Below are positions 24,760 to 36,420 of a stretch of 64,000 bases of DNA, piece by piece; position 1 is the stretch's first letter, and each line of letters starts with the position of its first letter. Position numbers and translations under genes: made by a program. Source of the stretch: Heptranchias perlo (Eukaryota); NCBI RefSeq assembly GCF_035084215.1, contig NC_090331.1, forward strand, positions 72,788,001 through 72,852,000, given 5' to 3'. Under the pieces are notes generated by a model. The model was not told the DNA's origin, made no database searches, and saw only the letters and a program-made list of their open reading frames with translations.

Positions 24760-26319
24760 AACCATAAACCTATTGCTAGCTATTATGTTGGGCTGCGTCT
24801 TACCCTTCAGTGAAGCTGAACACCTTCAGGACAGCTGGGGCTGCGTCCTCATGAGTTATACCACCAATAATACCAAGCCATGGTCAATACAGGATTTTTT
24901 GGCACACGTACCAGCAGGGAAAGACCTTCGATTGACGTGTGCACGTATCAGCAAGGGTTAAGAACCAACTGCTATCAAGAGGCATCGGATGAGTGCGAAC
25001 ATCAGTAAAGACCATGACATTGGGCCTTTTGGCATACCCTATATGGGTGACACTAAGAACACCTTTGCGTTCCCTAATGGGACACGGGCAATGAATAGCT
25101 CCCTCAATTTCCCTCGGGTCTGGAAGCAACATGCTGATTGTTATGGGTGCATACCCAATAGGAGGTCATCCTGGTCCTTCTGCTTTAAAGTAATCAAGAA
25201 TGCGGAGTTGTCAGATGCAACCACCCATTCGGCCTCTACCAGATGCCTGGTTGCAGACAAAGATCCCAGCAATGGTTTATTGGTTTTCAAAACATATCAG
25301 ACCCTATATAACAATATGAGATTTGAAATCTTCCCTGTTCTGTTTAATTTTTCAAAAATTGCTCTGTTACCAAGTTTGTGTAATGAAACTTATGAGAGAT
25401 TCTACTAATAGATGTTATCAGAGAAACTTAGACAGCTTGTGAAGAGAAACTCAGGTTGAGCTAGAGATTCAGTCCCAAGGTATAACCCCATACCGCCCAG
25501 TAGATAGAGAGGAAGACAGAAAGTGGCTGAATGGTTGGGTATAGGGGCAACAGCAGGGACGGCCGCTTGGAACAGGATCGATATAAAGAGCATGTGAGAA
25601 CATGATGAAGCCATGCAAAAGCAATTAAAGGGCATTATGAAAGGGGAGAATAGGGTAGTGACAGGGTCGTTGGATGAACAACAACATGTTTTGGTTCCTT
25701 TGAAGGAGATGTTGACAACTTTTGGCAGACTCAGGAGAAAATTAATAAAGTAAAAAGAGACATAAAGACATTTACGATTCAGATCTCCAAAGGGATTACG
25801 TGCAGCACATTTATGCTGTCTCAGATGGAAAAGGGATTGGAAGATATTGAGAACTAGCGTATCTTCTTCTTTTATAACTGATGAACAGCTAGATAAATGG
25901 ACTGGTGATAATGGAGGAAACCATTATAATATTAAGTGCTGGGATCAGTATACCCAGTGAAACACTCCTGTGAAGACAGAAAAGATGGATAAGTTTTTGC
26001 AGTGACTATTGCCAATCGATGCCTTTCACCCGATCAGAAGCCTTCAGGGGTCTTCAAGGTAGAGTCCATAGGCATCCTCGAAGGTGACATACATAAGGAA
26101 TTGGTTAACCATCCAAAGGTATTGCTAACGGATGGTGAAACCTGGGTAGCACCAGATTTAACTTGCTGTACTGGGATCAAAATCATGTGGATGTGTCGGT
26201 GCGATGTCACCCAGAACAATATCCCGGCTTGTGGTTTCACCCTGGATGAGCACTCCCCTACTTGTACTGTTAGTATTCAAAGCCCCAGGCATTTCCAAGA
26301 GGGTGTCATTCTTGGTTGA
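24760..26319 (+). pseudogene. Decayed env-like class I viral fusion glycoprotein gene (endogenous retroelement relic)
   Basis: ORFs 24773 and 24989 share a frame that continues through stops to SR*RGRQK-VAEWLGIGATAGTAAWNRIDIKSM and a heptad-like segment; after one frameshift near 25735 it continues in the frame of ORF 26002 (PDLTCC...WMC...CG). Confidence 0.65.
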
Positions 26320-26704
26320 CAAAGACATGCTGGGTCATGAAGTCTGCAGCTAGAAAAGGGATGTGATTACTAAGAACAATTGAAATTATTGATCATTGAA
26401 AGACTGCTGAAGCAGTCTAACACCATAGTACTGATATCAGCAGAACATAGCAGACAAATAATATAAAAACAGGGCATGTGGGAGTTTTAGAGCTCTCAGG
26501 ACAGTCGGAGGTCCACAACCCTACGAAAGCCAAGCTTGATCACCCTTGAAGTCAGGGTAAAAACCAGGTTGTACAAATGATTGTTGTTTGATATAACTGT
26601 ATTAGAATATTGTTCTTGGGTCTGTATTAAGCTTGCTGTTAGAAACACAGTCATGTCCGAACCAAGTGGAATATTATTGAAAAGCATTAACAACCCTTGG
26701 TAGC

Positions 26705-28560
26705 AGTAATAATATTTTCCAACGCCCTACTCTCTGATTTCTGTTTTGTAGCCGACTTGCTATCCATTCTGCTACCTGTCCCCTGACTCCTTAGCCATGA
26801 GTCTACTATGCGGTACCTTATCGAAGACCTTTTGAAAATCCAAATATATTACATCTACTGATTACCCTTATCTACTCTTTCTGTTACTTCTACAAAAAAT
26901 TCAATAAGGTTGGTCAAGCTTGACTTTACCTTCTGAAATCCGTGCTGACTATTCTTTATTATAGTTTCATTCTCTAGATGTCTTTCTATTACATCTTTGA
27001 GTAAAGATTCCATTATCTTTCCTACCAGTGATGTTAAGCTAACTGGTCTATAGTTCCCTAGACTTGTCCTACCTCCCTTTTTAAATATAGGAATAATACT
27101 AGCAGTCCGCCAGTCCTCTGGCACTATTCCCTTTTCTATTGAATTTTTATATATATGTAATAGCTCCTCTGCTATCTCTCCCTTAACTTCTTTTAATATT
27201 CACGGCTGCAATCCATCCTGACCAGGGGTCTTATCCTCCCTAAGTTTGATTAGTTTATGAATTATCTCCCCACCTTTCTATCTTAAATGTTTTAATATCT
27301 TTTTTGATCTCTTCTTCTAATGTCCTGCCCACCTTGTTAGTCTCCCTTGTAAATCGGAGGCAAAGTAACTATTCAATATTTCTGCCATTTCGCTGTCATT
27401 ACCTATGAGTTTATCTTGAGCATCCCTTAATGGCCCTATCCCTAGCCTGATTTTTCTTTTGTTATATATGTGTCTGTAGAATACTTTACTATTTCTTTTT
27501 ATATTTCTTGATAATTTAATCTCATGATTCCTCTTTGCTTTCCTAATTGTTTTTTTGACTTCTTTCCTAACCTTTTCGTGTTCTCTTTTGTCATCCTTTC
27601 CTTTATTGTCTAAGTACTTAGAGTATGCCTTTTTCTTTAGTTTCAATTTTACCCTTATCTCTTTATTCATTTATGATGTTTCATTATTAGCTCGTTTGTT
27701 TTTGCTTTTTAGAAGAATATATTTCTCCTGAACTCTATTGATCACCGTTCTAAATATTACACAGTGTTGTTCTATTTCTTAGTCTGTCAAATTTTTTTTC
27801 AGTTTTCCTGCCCTAGTTCCATTCTCATCCCCTCAAAATTAGTTTTTTTACAATCTATTACCTTGGTCTTTGTCTTACTTATGGCTTTCTCAATCATTAT
27901 TTTAAATCTTATTATGTTATAGTCATTATTGCCTAGATGTTCCCCTATGCTTTTCTTATCGGTTCTGGTACATTTCCCATTACTAGATCCAACAGTGATT
28001 CCTCTCTTGTTGGACTTCTCACATACTGGGTAAGAAAGGAGTCATGTACACACTGTAAAAACTCCATTCCCCTTTCCCCTTTCCCTACCTCTTCTTGTCA
28101 GTTTATTTGGGAGCAGTTGAAATCTCCCATGATTATTATTCGATGTTTTTTACTCATTTCATAGATTTGTCTACATATTTCTTCCTCCACTTCCCTTCCA
28201 CTATTAGGTGGTTTGTAGAATATACCTATTAATGTAATCAATCCCTTCTTATCCTTTGTCTCAATCCATATGTTTCTATCTTAATGTTACTTGTGTCCCT
28301 TTTTTCTATTACCATTATGGTGTCTGTAATTAGTATAGCTAACCCACCCCACCACCTCCTCCTTCCCTATCTTTTCTAAATACATTATATCCTGCAATAT
28401 TTAACTGCCAGTCCTGTTCCTTATGCAGCCATGTTTCTGTTATCCCTACCACTTCTAGCTCCTCGCTATGAATTATTGTTTCCAGTACCCCGTTTTGTTT
28501 CGGATGCTGAGCACATTGTTGTATAGGCAATTTAATTTGTTTTTAGTAATTGTTCCTCTC
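26705..28560 (-). mobile_element. CR1 LINE ORF2 fragment (AP endonuclease and RT N-terminus)
   Basis: VVGITETWL...IAGYNVFRKDR; PEDWRTASIIPIFKKG...NYRPVSLTS...SQHGF. Confidence 0.92.
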
Positions 28561-28639
28561 ACTTTGTTTTTAACAGTCATTCTGTACATATGTATAATAA
28601 CTGTATTTGTTCCCTGACCGATTAAAATGGATGACTCAG

Positions 28640-28720
28640 TTAAAGAGCTGACACCAACACAGGCATAATGAGCCAAATGGTCTCCTTCTGGGCATTAATT
28701 TCTATAATTCTAGAATTCTA
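28640..28720 (+). mobile_element. CR1 tail abutting the truncated crystallin exon
   Basis: GAGCCAAATGGTCTCCTTCTG followed by TTCTATAA/TTCTAGAA short tail repeats. Confidence 0.55.
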
Positions 28721-28723
28721 TCA

Positions 28724-28904
28724 CCACAGATGGAGTTGCAGCAGCTAAAGTAAGAGTGCAAGTCAGCCCAGTCAGTTATGAGCCCGTAGTGCTGACCCTG
28801 GAAGTTCCTGTTCTCGTAAAAGATGATCTTAAAACTATGAAATGCATTTGTGTGTTTGGAACGTTTTGCAAATAAAATACCCCACACAAAAATTGCCTTT
28901 CCAT
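28724..28904 (-). pseudogene. Gamma-crystallin 5' relic (gene 3b): exon 1 28897-28904, exon 2 fragment 28724-28827
   Basis: [33 protein letters not shown]; exon 1 is ATGGAAAG|gc (1 nt short); TATA eroded; promoter CTTTGTT at 28985-28991 retained. Confidence 0.85.
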
Positions 28905-30904
28905 TTCTGAGGTCAGCGCCAGAAAAGCAGTGACATGGTTTGGCCCTTTGTAAGGTGGCATGAGGCAGCAAATATGAATAAAACCTTTGTTATTTATTGA
29001 GAGGTCTAATATCAACAAAAGGATTTTGTGATGTGCACGGCATTGTTTGCAAAACATTGCTGTATTATATGGTTACGAATGGTTCATTGTTTCTTTATGT
29101 TCTTTGCTGCACTTTTTGACTAAGACCATACAAAGTAATTTCGTGTGTGTACCTCAACAATCTTGATACATTACTGCACACTGCGTTGGTTAGCTCTGTA
29201 CGGGAAAAACATTTAGAATCAAGCCACTGCCTTGCAGATAAACTATTTGATTTGCTTCTCTGTACTTTTCTCTCCCTTGCTTCCTATTCTCCAAACTGGC
29301 ACTCTCTCCCTCTCTATATGCTCACTGTGTTGCAATAAAAACTTATTACTCATCTCCTATTCTAACTTATTCTTACTCAGTATCTCAAATCTGGAATTTT
29401 TCACCTCCTCAATATACCCCCCCCCCCCCGCCCCCTGAAGAGGTGCTACATAAATGCATGTACTAATAATAATGATTATTTTTGTTAAACTTCCAAATTT
29501 GTAGTTATTTTTGAATCAATTTAAACTACTGACCAATGCGTTTTTGTTGCCTATGCTTCCAATGCCAACTGTTCATAGTCTTGGAAACAATCACAATTCC
29601 AGTGCTATCTATTTATATCATGCTAACCACCTTCACTGTGCCAACTGTGTTTTCCCTGCCAACGACAAAATTTGTGTCAACAGTGTTAAACATAGCTCTC
29701 TTGCTTAAACATGACCTTGTGTTATCTGTGTTTGGCTGAGCCAATTATAGAAATGGTGGCCTCCGATAACTATGCCAATCACACTCCCTAGGCTTGTTGC
29801 ACATTCATTGCCAGACATATCCACTACGCTTTCATCGCCTGGTTATGAATCAAGTCATTGCTGCCAACAGTGATAATCTGCCAACCATGCTCACTATTTA
29901 AAAGATGATTGCTATGCCAATAGCTGCCCTAGAGTCAACTATTTAAAAATGAAAACGTACAAGACCTATAAATTCCTACCAAGCAGATTCTGCTTTCTAT
30001 GCAGTTATTTGTCAAACACACAACCCTTTCTCCGTGTGAAAAGGACAATGACGCGGTCTGCACATAGACTGTTTCACAGCTCTGTCAGAAAGACTTTGTG
30101 AGCAGCTGACAGGATGTGCAATTCAAGTAGAGTTTCATGTGTTAACCTTCTCCTGCAATACAGCACTTCACCTCTGTGCCATGTTGCCTCCACAGCCTGA
30201 GAGCTGGTGGCTCCACATTTGTCAACACATACAGAGGGTTGGGTAATTGTATTGAAATGTTTGGCAGTTGTGGAACTTTGATTCAAACCTGTCTAGTTGG
30301 GTACTAAGTAATTCTTCTTGCTTGAGCTACCAGATAAGCTGCTTAATGTTAGTTATAATTAATGTGGCCTGTGTGTCTCCCACTTTCCCTTTTCCTCCTC
30401 ATGACTACCAGTTAAACATAAATATCCAACTTCCAGTCAGTCACACTAGTTCATCTACTTAGGAACCGAAAACCTAATCAGAGTTCACAGGGCATCAGGT
30501 TACTTTCTTACCAAAACATAAATGAACCTTTTGCAATTGTTTTTATTTTAAGTATTTACAACCGCTTATGCAAAAAATGAGGACTGATCTTAGCTGGACC
30601 ATACTGTAGTACCGTCTGATGTGTAATATTATTGGCTTAAGTTGAAAAGGGACCATCTAACGAAAGTCTAGAAATTTTTCATGTGATTTATAGAAAATGA
30701 GACATTATGGGCCAAATGCAATGGAACATTTTCCTGCAGCAAAAATGTAAGGAAAATCCTGCCTTGTCTTCATTATGTTTTAATCCTCTTCATATGTAGG
30801 TTTTACTGCCTATCAGGAAAAAATAATGGCTAAATTGAGGCAAAAAACTGAAATCTCAGTGTAAATTTTTGCTCTAAACCATTAGTGTTTCCATTGCATT
30901 GGAT

Positions 30905-31470
30905 AAGGGACATCTTGCTTTTATATTAACCCTTTAATATAATAATTGTCCAAAGGTGCTTCACAGAGAAGAAACAGTCACCAAGCAGTAGTCGAAGAGC
31001 TTAGTGAAATCAGAAGACCCCAAATGTATGGTTAAAGAAGGAGATTTTGGGAAGGCTTGGGAAGGTGGGTAGAGATGTAAACAAGGTGGAATAGTTAGGA
31101 GAGTTCCAGAGATTAGCACCAAGGCTCTGCCACCACTGTTGGAGTGGGGAAGGAGACGCACAGGGGCCAGAGTTGAAGGCCGAGTAGAACGTAGGGCTGG
31201 GGGAGGTTCCATGTAGTCGGGATTTTGAATTTAATGTACTGGATGATGGGGAGACAATGATGGTTGTCAAGGATAGGGTATGGGTAATGGGTGAGTGGGT
31301 CCCAGTGTGGACAGAATGCGAATGGGTTATGGTTTAAAAGGTGATCAGAGTGAGGTAAGGATGGAGTCATGTGATGTCACAAAGGTTAAAGTATGCAGTT
31401 TTGGTGATGGATAGAATATGGGGTTTAAAAATCAACTTAGGATAAAGCGGAACACAAAGGTAGCACAAGG
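30905..31470 (-). mobile_element. Old L2 LINE 3' fragment
   Basis: Decayed similarity to the L2 copies at 18502 and 32298 (CCAAAGGTGCTTCACAG; GAGAGTTCCAGAG). Confidence 0.55.
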
Positions 31471-31844
31471 TGGAAATTAAAATCAGGACAAATATATAAC
31501 AGGCGGCTGAAGAGATTCATCATGCTGACAAACCAGATTAGTTGATTTAAGGTTGTTCAAGTGAGACAAATTTAGGGATTTAGTACTTCCTTAGACATGG
31601 ATGGTATATTACCAGAGGTTTCTTTGATGAACTAAGGTGCAATGGTCAAGAATTCATGTGGTGCCCTTTAATTAATATCCCTTACAAGATTTATTGGTGC
31701 ACCAATCTCAGCATTCTAAAACTATTTCCCTGCTTTTAGTACTTCACAAAACAAGAATACATAAACCATATAGAATATTATCATTCTTTATTTCTTAATT
31801 ACAGACTGAGTAATTTTCAGCAACAAAAATCTTTGATTAATGAA

Positions 31845-32120
31845 TTAGAAATCCATTACACGGCGGAAAGATCCAATAGTTGGACAAGTTGCGCCCCAGT
31901 CACTGAATCTTTTGTATTCACCGGGTCTCATGAAGTACTGGCGGCCTCTGTAGTTGGGATGTTCATAGAAGGTCCAGTAACCGTCCATCACATGGCAGGA
32001 GTGAATGTCACGGTAGCGGAAACGATCATGGACAGATGGACAGTCATCCGTGAATTCCATCATCTGTCCTCCAAAGTCAGGCCTCTCGTAAATCTTCATT
32101 CTGTAGGAACCACCGCTGGA
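31845..32120 (-). CDS. Gene 4 exon 3
   Basis: [27 protein letters not shown]...GSFRRVMDF*; AG at 32121-32122. Confidence 0.93.
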   Translation of the reverse strand, partial: SSGGSYRMKIYERPDFGGQMMEFTDDCPSVHDRFRYRDIHSCHVMDGYWTFYEHPNYRGRQYFMRPGEYKRFSDWGATCPTIGSFRRVMDF

Positions 32121-35100
32121 CTATAAAATTAACAAAATCATTAAATCGATGTAAAAATGTAATTTAAAATACTAACAGAATGATACGCTTTTATTTGCAA
32201 ATCTGATGAATGTTAAATTCCTTTCCTGGAATGCTTTACAATAAAAATCCACAATCGCATCATAAAATAATGTTATCTCTTGAAAATGCTACAAATATAA
32301 TAATAACAACAACAACCTGCATTTATATAGCGCCTTTAACGTAGTAAAATGTCCTAAGGTGCTTCATAAGAGCAATTTTCAAACAAAATTTGACACCAAG
32401 CCACATAAAGAGATATTAAGACAGGTGATCAAAAGCTTGGTCAAAGAGGTAGGCTTTAAGGACCATCTTAAAGGAAGAGAGAGTGGTAGAGAGGTGCAGA
32501 GCAGTAGGGAGGGAATTCCAGAGCTATGGGGCTAGGCAGCTGAAGGTACGGCTGCCAAGAGGCAAGAATTGGAGGAACACGGAGATCTCGGAGGGTTGTA
32601 GGGCTGGAGGAGGTTTCAGAGATAGGGAGGGGTGAGGCCCTGGAGGGATTTGAAAACAAGGATGAGAATTTTAAAATTGAGGCATTCCCGTACCGGGAGC
32701 CAATGTCGGTCAGCGAGCACAGGGGTGATGCGTGAACAGGACTTGGTGCGAGTTAGGATACGGGCAGCAGAGTTTTGGGTGAGCTCAAGTTTATGGAGGG
32801 TGGAAGATGGGAGGCCGGCCAGGAGAGCATTGGAATATAATAAACAGATAAAATCCATGGTATACAGAAGTTCTGGAAATGGAATTTTCCTGTATTTATT
32901 AATATGCTCTTTTGTTCTATTTAGATGTAATTCTATATAGTTCCACTTCTTTCTAACAAAACAAAATATGTGACAATCTCTCACTGAAATCTATTTTGAT
33001 TACATATCTATTTTAGTTATAGAGAATATATGCAGTAGTTGATCTGAAGTCTGAATAGTTCTGTAAGTCATGTTATAAATTCTTTACTGCATCCCAAGAA
33101 TGCTCTGGGAATCTAAGCTATTTCTGATTTGCTTCTGTTTCAAATATCCCAACCATCGTCAGCTGCTTCATCAATGACCTTCCCTCCATCATAAGATCAG
33201 AAATGGGGATGTTCGCTGATGATTGCACAGTGTTCAGTTCCATTCACAATCCCTCAGATAATGAAGCAGTCCGTGCCCACATGCAGCAAGACCTGGGCAA
33301 CATCCAGGATTGGGCTCATAAGTGGCAAGTAACATTCGCACCAGACAAGTGCCAGGCAATGACCATCTCCAACAAGAGAGAGTCTAACCACCTCCCCTTG
33401 ACATTCAACGGCATTACCATCGCCGAATCCCTCACCATCAACATCCTGCGGGTCACCATTGACCAGAAACTTAACTGGACCAGCCACATAAATGCTGTGA
33501 CTACAAGAGCAGGTCAGAAGCTGGGTACTCTGCAGCAAGTGTCTCACCTCCTGTCTCCCCAAAGCCTTTCCACCATCTGCAAGGCACAGTCAGGAGTGTG
33601 ATGGAATACTCTCCATTTGCCTGGATGAGTGCAGCTCCAACAACACTCAAGAAGCTCGACACAATCCAGGATAAAGCAGCCCGCTTGATTGGCACCCCAT
33701 CCACCACCCTAAACATTCACTCCCTTCACCATCGGCGCACCGTAGCTGCAGTGTGTACCATCCACAGGATGCACTGCAGCAACTCGCCAAGGCTTCTTCG
33801 ACAGCACCTCCCAAACCCACGACCTCTACCACCTAGAAGGACAAGGGCAGCAGGCACATGGGAACAACGCCATCTGCATGTTCCCCTCCAAGTCACACAC
33901 CATCTCGACTTGGAAATATATCGCCATTCCTTCATCGTCGCTGGGTCAAAATCCTAGAACTCCCTTCCTAACAGCACTGTGGGAGAACCTTCACCACATG
34001 GACTGCAGCGGTTCAAGAAGGCGGCTCACCACCACCTTCTCAAGGGCAATTAAGGATGGGCAATAAATGCTGGCCTTGCCAGCGACGCCCACATCCCATG
34101 AACGAATAAAAAAAGTAGAGACGGATAAGAAAGCACAACTAGTCAGTGATTTACTTTTACCTCTCTGTATATACTATTGTACTGTAATCGATGATGGGAA
34201 CAGTCCCTTACATAGTACATACAATGACAATCCTGTACAATGTCGATTAGTGTGACATTCTGGGCAGTTTATTCCATATTAATAAGTTCCTATTGGATGC
34301 AATTTTAATTAGATGCTTTTGCTTCAACCCCAACTTTTGTAAATAATTAAATATCACTATCTTACATGCAAAATAATTTATATTTAACATGTAATAAGTA
34401 ACTGCTTATAGTTCTAACTTAATAGCTTGTCTCTTGACTGCACAGTATGGTGTGATATCTTTCCAGTTTGTTCTTATTAATTAGATATTGTATATTCAAC
34501 TCCATATATGTCCAGATAGAATTAACAATAATCACAATGAAAAGGCAGTATTGTTTGCAGAAAATAGGGAAATGGTCACAAGAAGTTGAAACTTACATAT
34601 GGGTAGGTGCGACATGACCTGATGCTGTCATTGAATCCCATCCAGCGCTGGTAGTCAGGATATTCTCCCCTGCTCAGAACATACTGATATCCCATGTAAT
34701 TGGGTTTCTCATACACCACCCAGCAGTCACTCTCAACACGGATGGAGTTACAGCGGCTGAAGTAAGAGTGCAGGTCAGCACAGTCAGTACTGCACTCGTA
34801 GTGCCGACCCTGGAAGTTCCTGTCCTCGTAAAAGATGATCTATAGTGTCACAGAAGAAAGAAAAAAGGTTGAATTTGTTTTTCTACCAAATAGCGCAGAT
34901 GCTTAAGCAACGGAATTCTTTCTTCCCAACAAAGATGCATGTTTGAGTCACAAGGCTGTCTAATAGTTGCCATGATGTGGAGATGCCGGTGATGGACTGG
35001 GGTGGATAAATGTACAGAGTCGTACAACACCAGGTTATAGTCCAACAGCATTATTTGAAATCACAAGCTTTCAAATAAAGCTGTTTGACTCACCCGACGA

Positions 35101-35488
35101 AGGAGCAAAGCTCCGAAAGCTTGTGATTTCAAATAAATCTGTTGGACTATAACCTGGTGTTGTACGACTCCGTACATTTGTCCAATAGTTGGGCAGAGGA
35201 GTAATTTCAACTCACACATGGTCATCTGGATGAAACATGACCAGTTCCACCTGGCGGGTGGGGGAAGGGGAACTGTCAGTCTCACCATGCTCATATTATT
35301 GTTGACCAACTCTGCAATGGTATCGACCATGGCTGTGGACTCTGCTATTCACCCAAACTGTCCCATTCTCCCAGCTGGAGTAGACTGTGTTATGGAGAAT
35401 GTAAACTAAACATGTTGAGAGAATATGAATCCTAAAAAATTACATATTTAATCAAAAATGTAAAAACTTTTTTTTTTACCTTGCCCAT
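31845..35488 (-). CDS. Gamma-crystallin gene 4, intact; exons 35480-35488, 34597-34839, 31845-32120; 175 aa
   Basis: ATG GGC AAG|gt; all splice sites GT-AG; exons 9/243/276 nt and open; TATA 35542-35547; AATAAA 31787-31792. Confidence 0.93.
32298..32836 (-). mobile_element. L2 LINE 3' fragment in gene 4 intron 2
   Basis: [28 protein letters not shown]...HWLPV; (AAC)n tail. Confidence 0.9.
33148..34114 (+). mobile_element. Jockey-group LINE 3' fragment in gene 4 intron 2
   Basis: [11 protein letters not shown] motif, 3' UTR and A-tail; near-identical to the reverse complement of 36421-37390. Confidence 0.92.
34597..34839 (-). CDS. Gene 4 exon 2
   Basis: Translated by hand: [81 protein letters not shown]; absent from the ORF track. 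Confidence 0.93.
34970..35178 (+). mobile_element. Penelope-like terminal-repeat mini-insertion (inverted + forward copy) with 13-bp TSD
   Basis: TSD TGTCTAATAGTTG (34957-34969) / TGTCCAATAGTTG (35179-35191); empty site in the paralogous intron at 53657-53669; internal ~65-bp inverted repeat. Confidence 0.85.
35090..35126 (+). ncRNA. Minimal type I hammerhead ribozyme motif with a mutated core
   Basis: TCAC-CCGACGA-A-GGAGC-AAA-GCTCC-GAAA-GCT-T-GTGA; core reads CCGACGA instead of CUGANGA. Confidence 0.6.
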
Positions 35489-35499
35489 GTTGATTTTCC

Positions 35500-35625
35500 T
35501 GCTGAAGTCCTCGGTGAATTGTAGTCAGAAGGCTGCCCTTTTTTATACTTTCCATGGTCTGTTCAGTCTACAAAGAACATTGACATTTAAATTAACTTTT
35601 ATTCAAGTCAGCAAAATGCTGCTGG
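35500..35625 (-). promoter_or_regulatory. Gene 4 promoter: TATA 35542-35547, AT-rich half-MARE TTTTGCTGAC 35607-35616
   Basis: Motifs read directly; spacing similar to the other paralogs. Confidence 0.65.
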
Positions 35626-36160
35626 TGTGGTATGTTCCATTTAGAAAAAAAACCTGACTCAAGAGGAGAGTTTTTGTTCTCATTGCTTCCAGCGTTTATT
35701 TTACTGAATAGCAGTCTTCACAAATAGAAGCACTAGTGAAAGACTAGTAATCCCTGTATAAAGGCAAGCAAAATAGGCCTACAAATCAGCTAACGTTACA
35801 AAGGTGGAGAATGTGTGGAAAATTCTACTGTGTAAAACACATACAGTAATTGCTTTTTCTCCTTGCAGGAATATCATGGAAAATTAGCTTTTTTTGGTGG
35901 GCTAATTACATTGATAAGAGTGCAAACATGGAAATAACCAAACTGATTGCCTGAGCCCCTAAGATCTGAACCCTAAGGGAATCAGCAGCCTGGATGCATT
36001 CTGCAAAATAACGGCAGCACAGACTCCAAAGAAAATAAAAACATAAAACAGTCTCTTCGAAAAATGAATAATTTGAAATTACTTGCAATCTGTGTCACTC
36101 TTGCTGATAACATGTCTCCTAATATTGCTCCAGTGTTGTTAACAGCACCAGAAGGCATGA

Positions 36161-36222
36161 TAGAGAGAGAGTGAGAGTGAGAGAGAGCAAGAGAGAAACA
36201 GGTACAGATACAGACAGAGAGA
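36161..36222. repeat. Imperfect (GA)n microsatellite
   Basis: AGAGAGAGAGTGAGAGTGAGAGAGAG... Confidence 0.7.
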
Positions 36223-36420
36223 ATAATGTGAGTGGGTTCCGAACGGACACCTGACACAAGATGAGCTCGACTGATTGAATTGCCACAAAGAAGTATGAAA
36301 TGTTGTGTACATTTGAGGGTCAACTGTCAAGCAATTTGAAAGACAAAAGCACAAAGGCAAGAAAGGGAGGAGTCAAACCTTTATCCAAAATGGAAGTGAA
36401 AACAAAATGTGAATGCCACC

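Noticed and set aside
31833-32126. Recurrent plus-strand ORFs over exon 3 (also 21801-22046, 43282-43581)
   Set aside because: Antisense shadows of conserved crystallin codons; no independent support.
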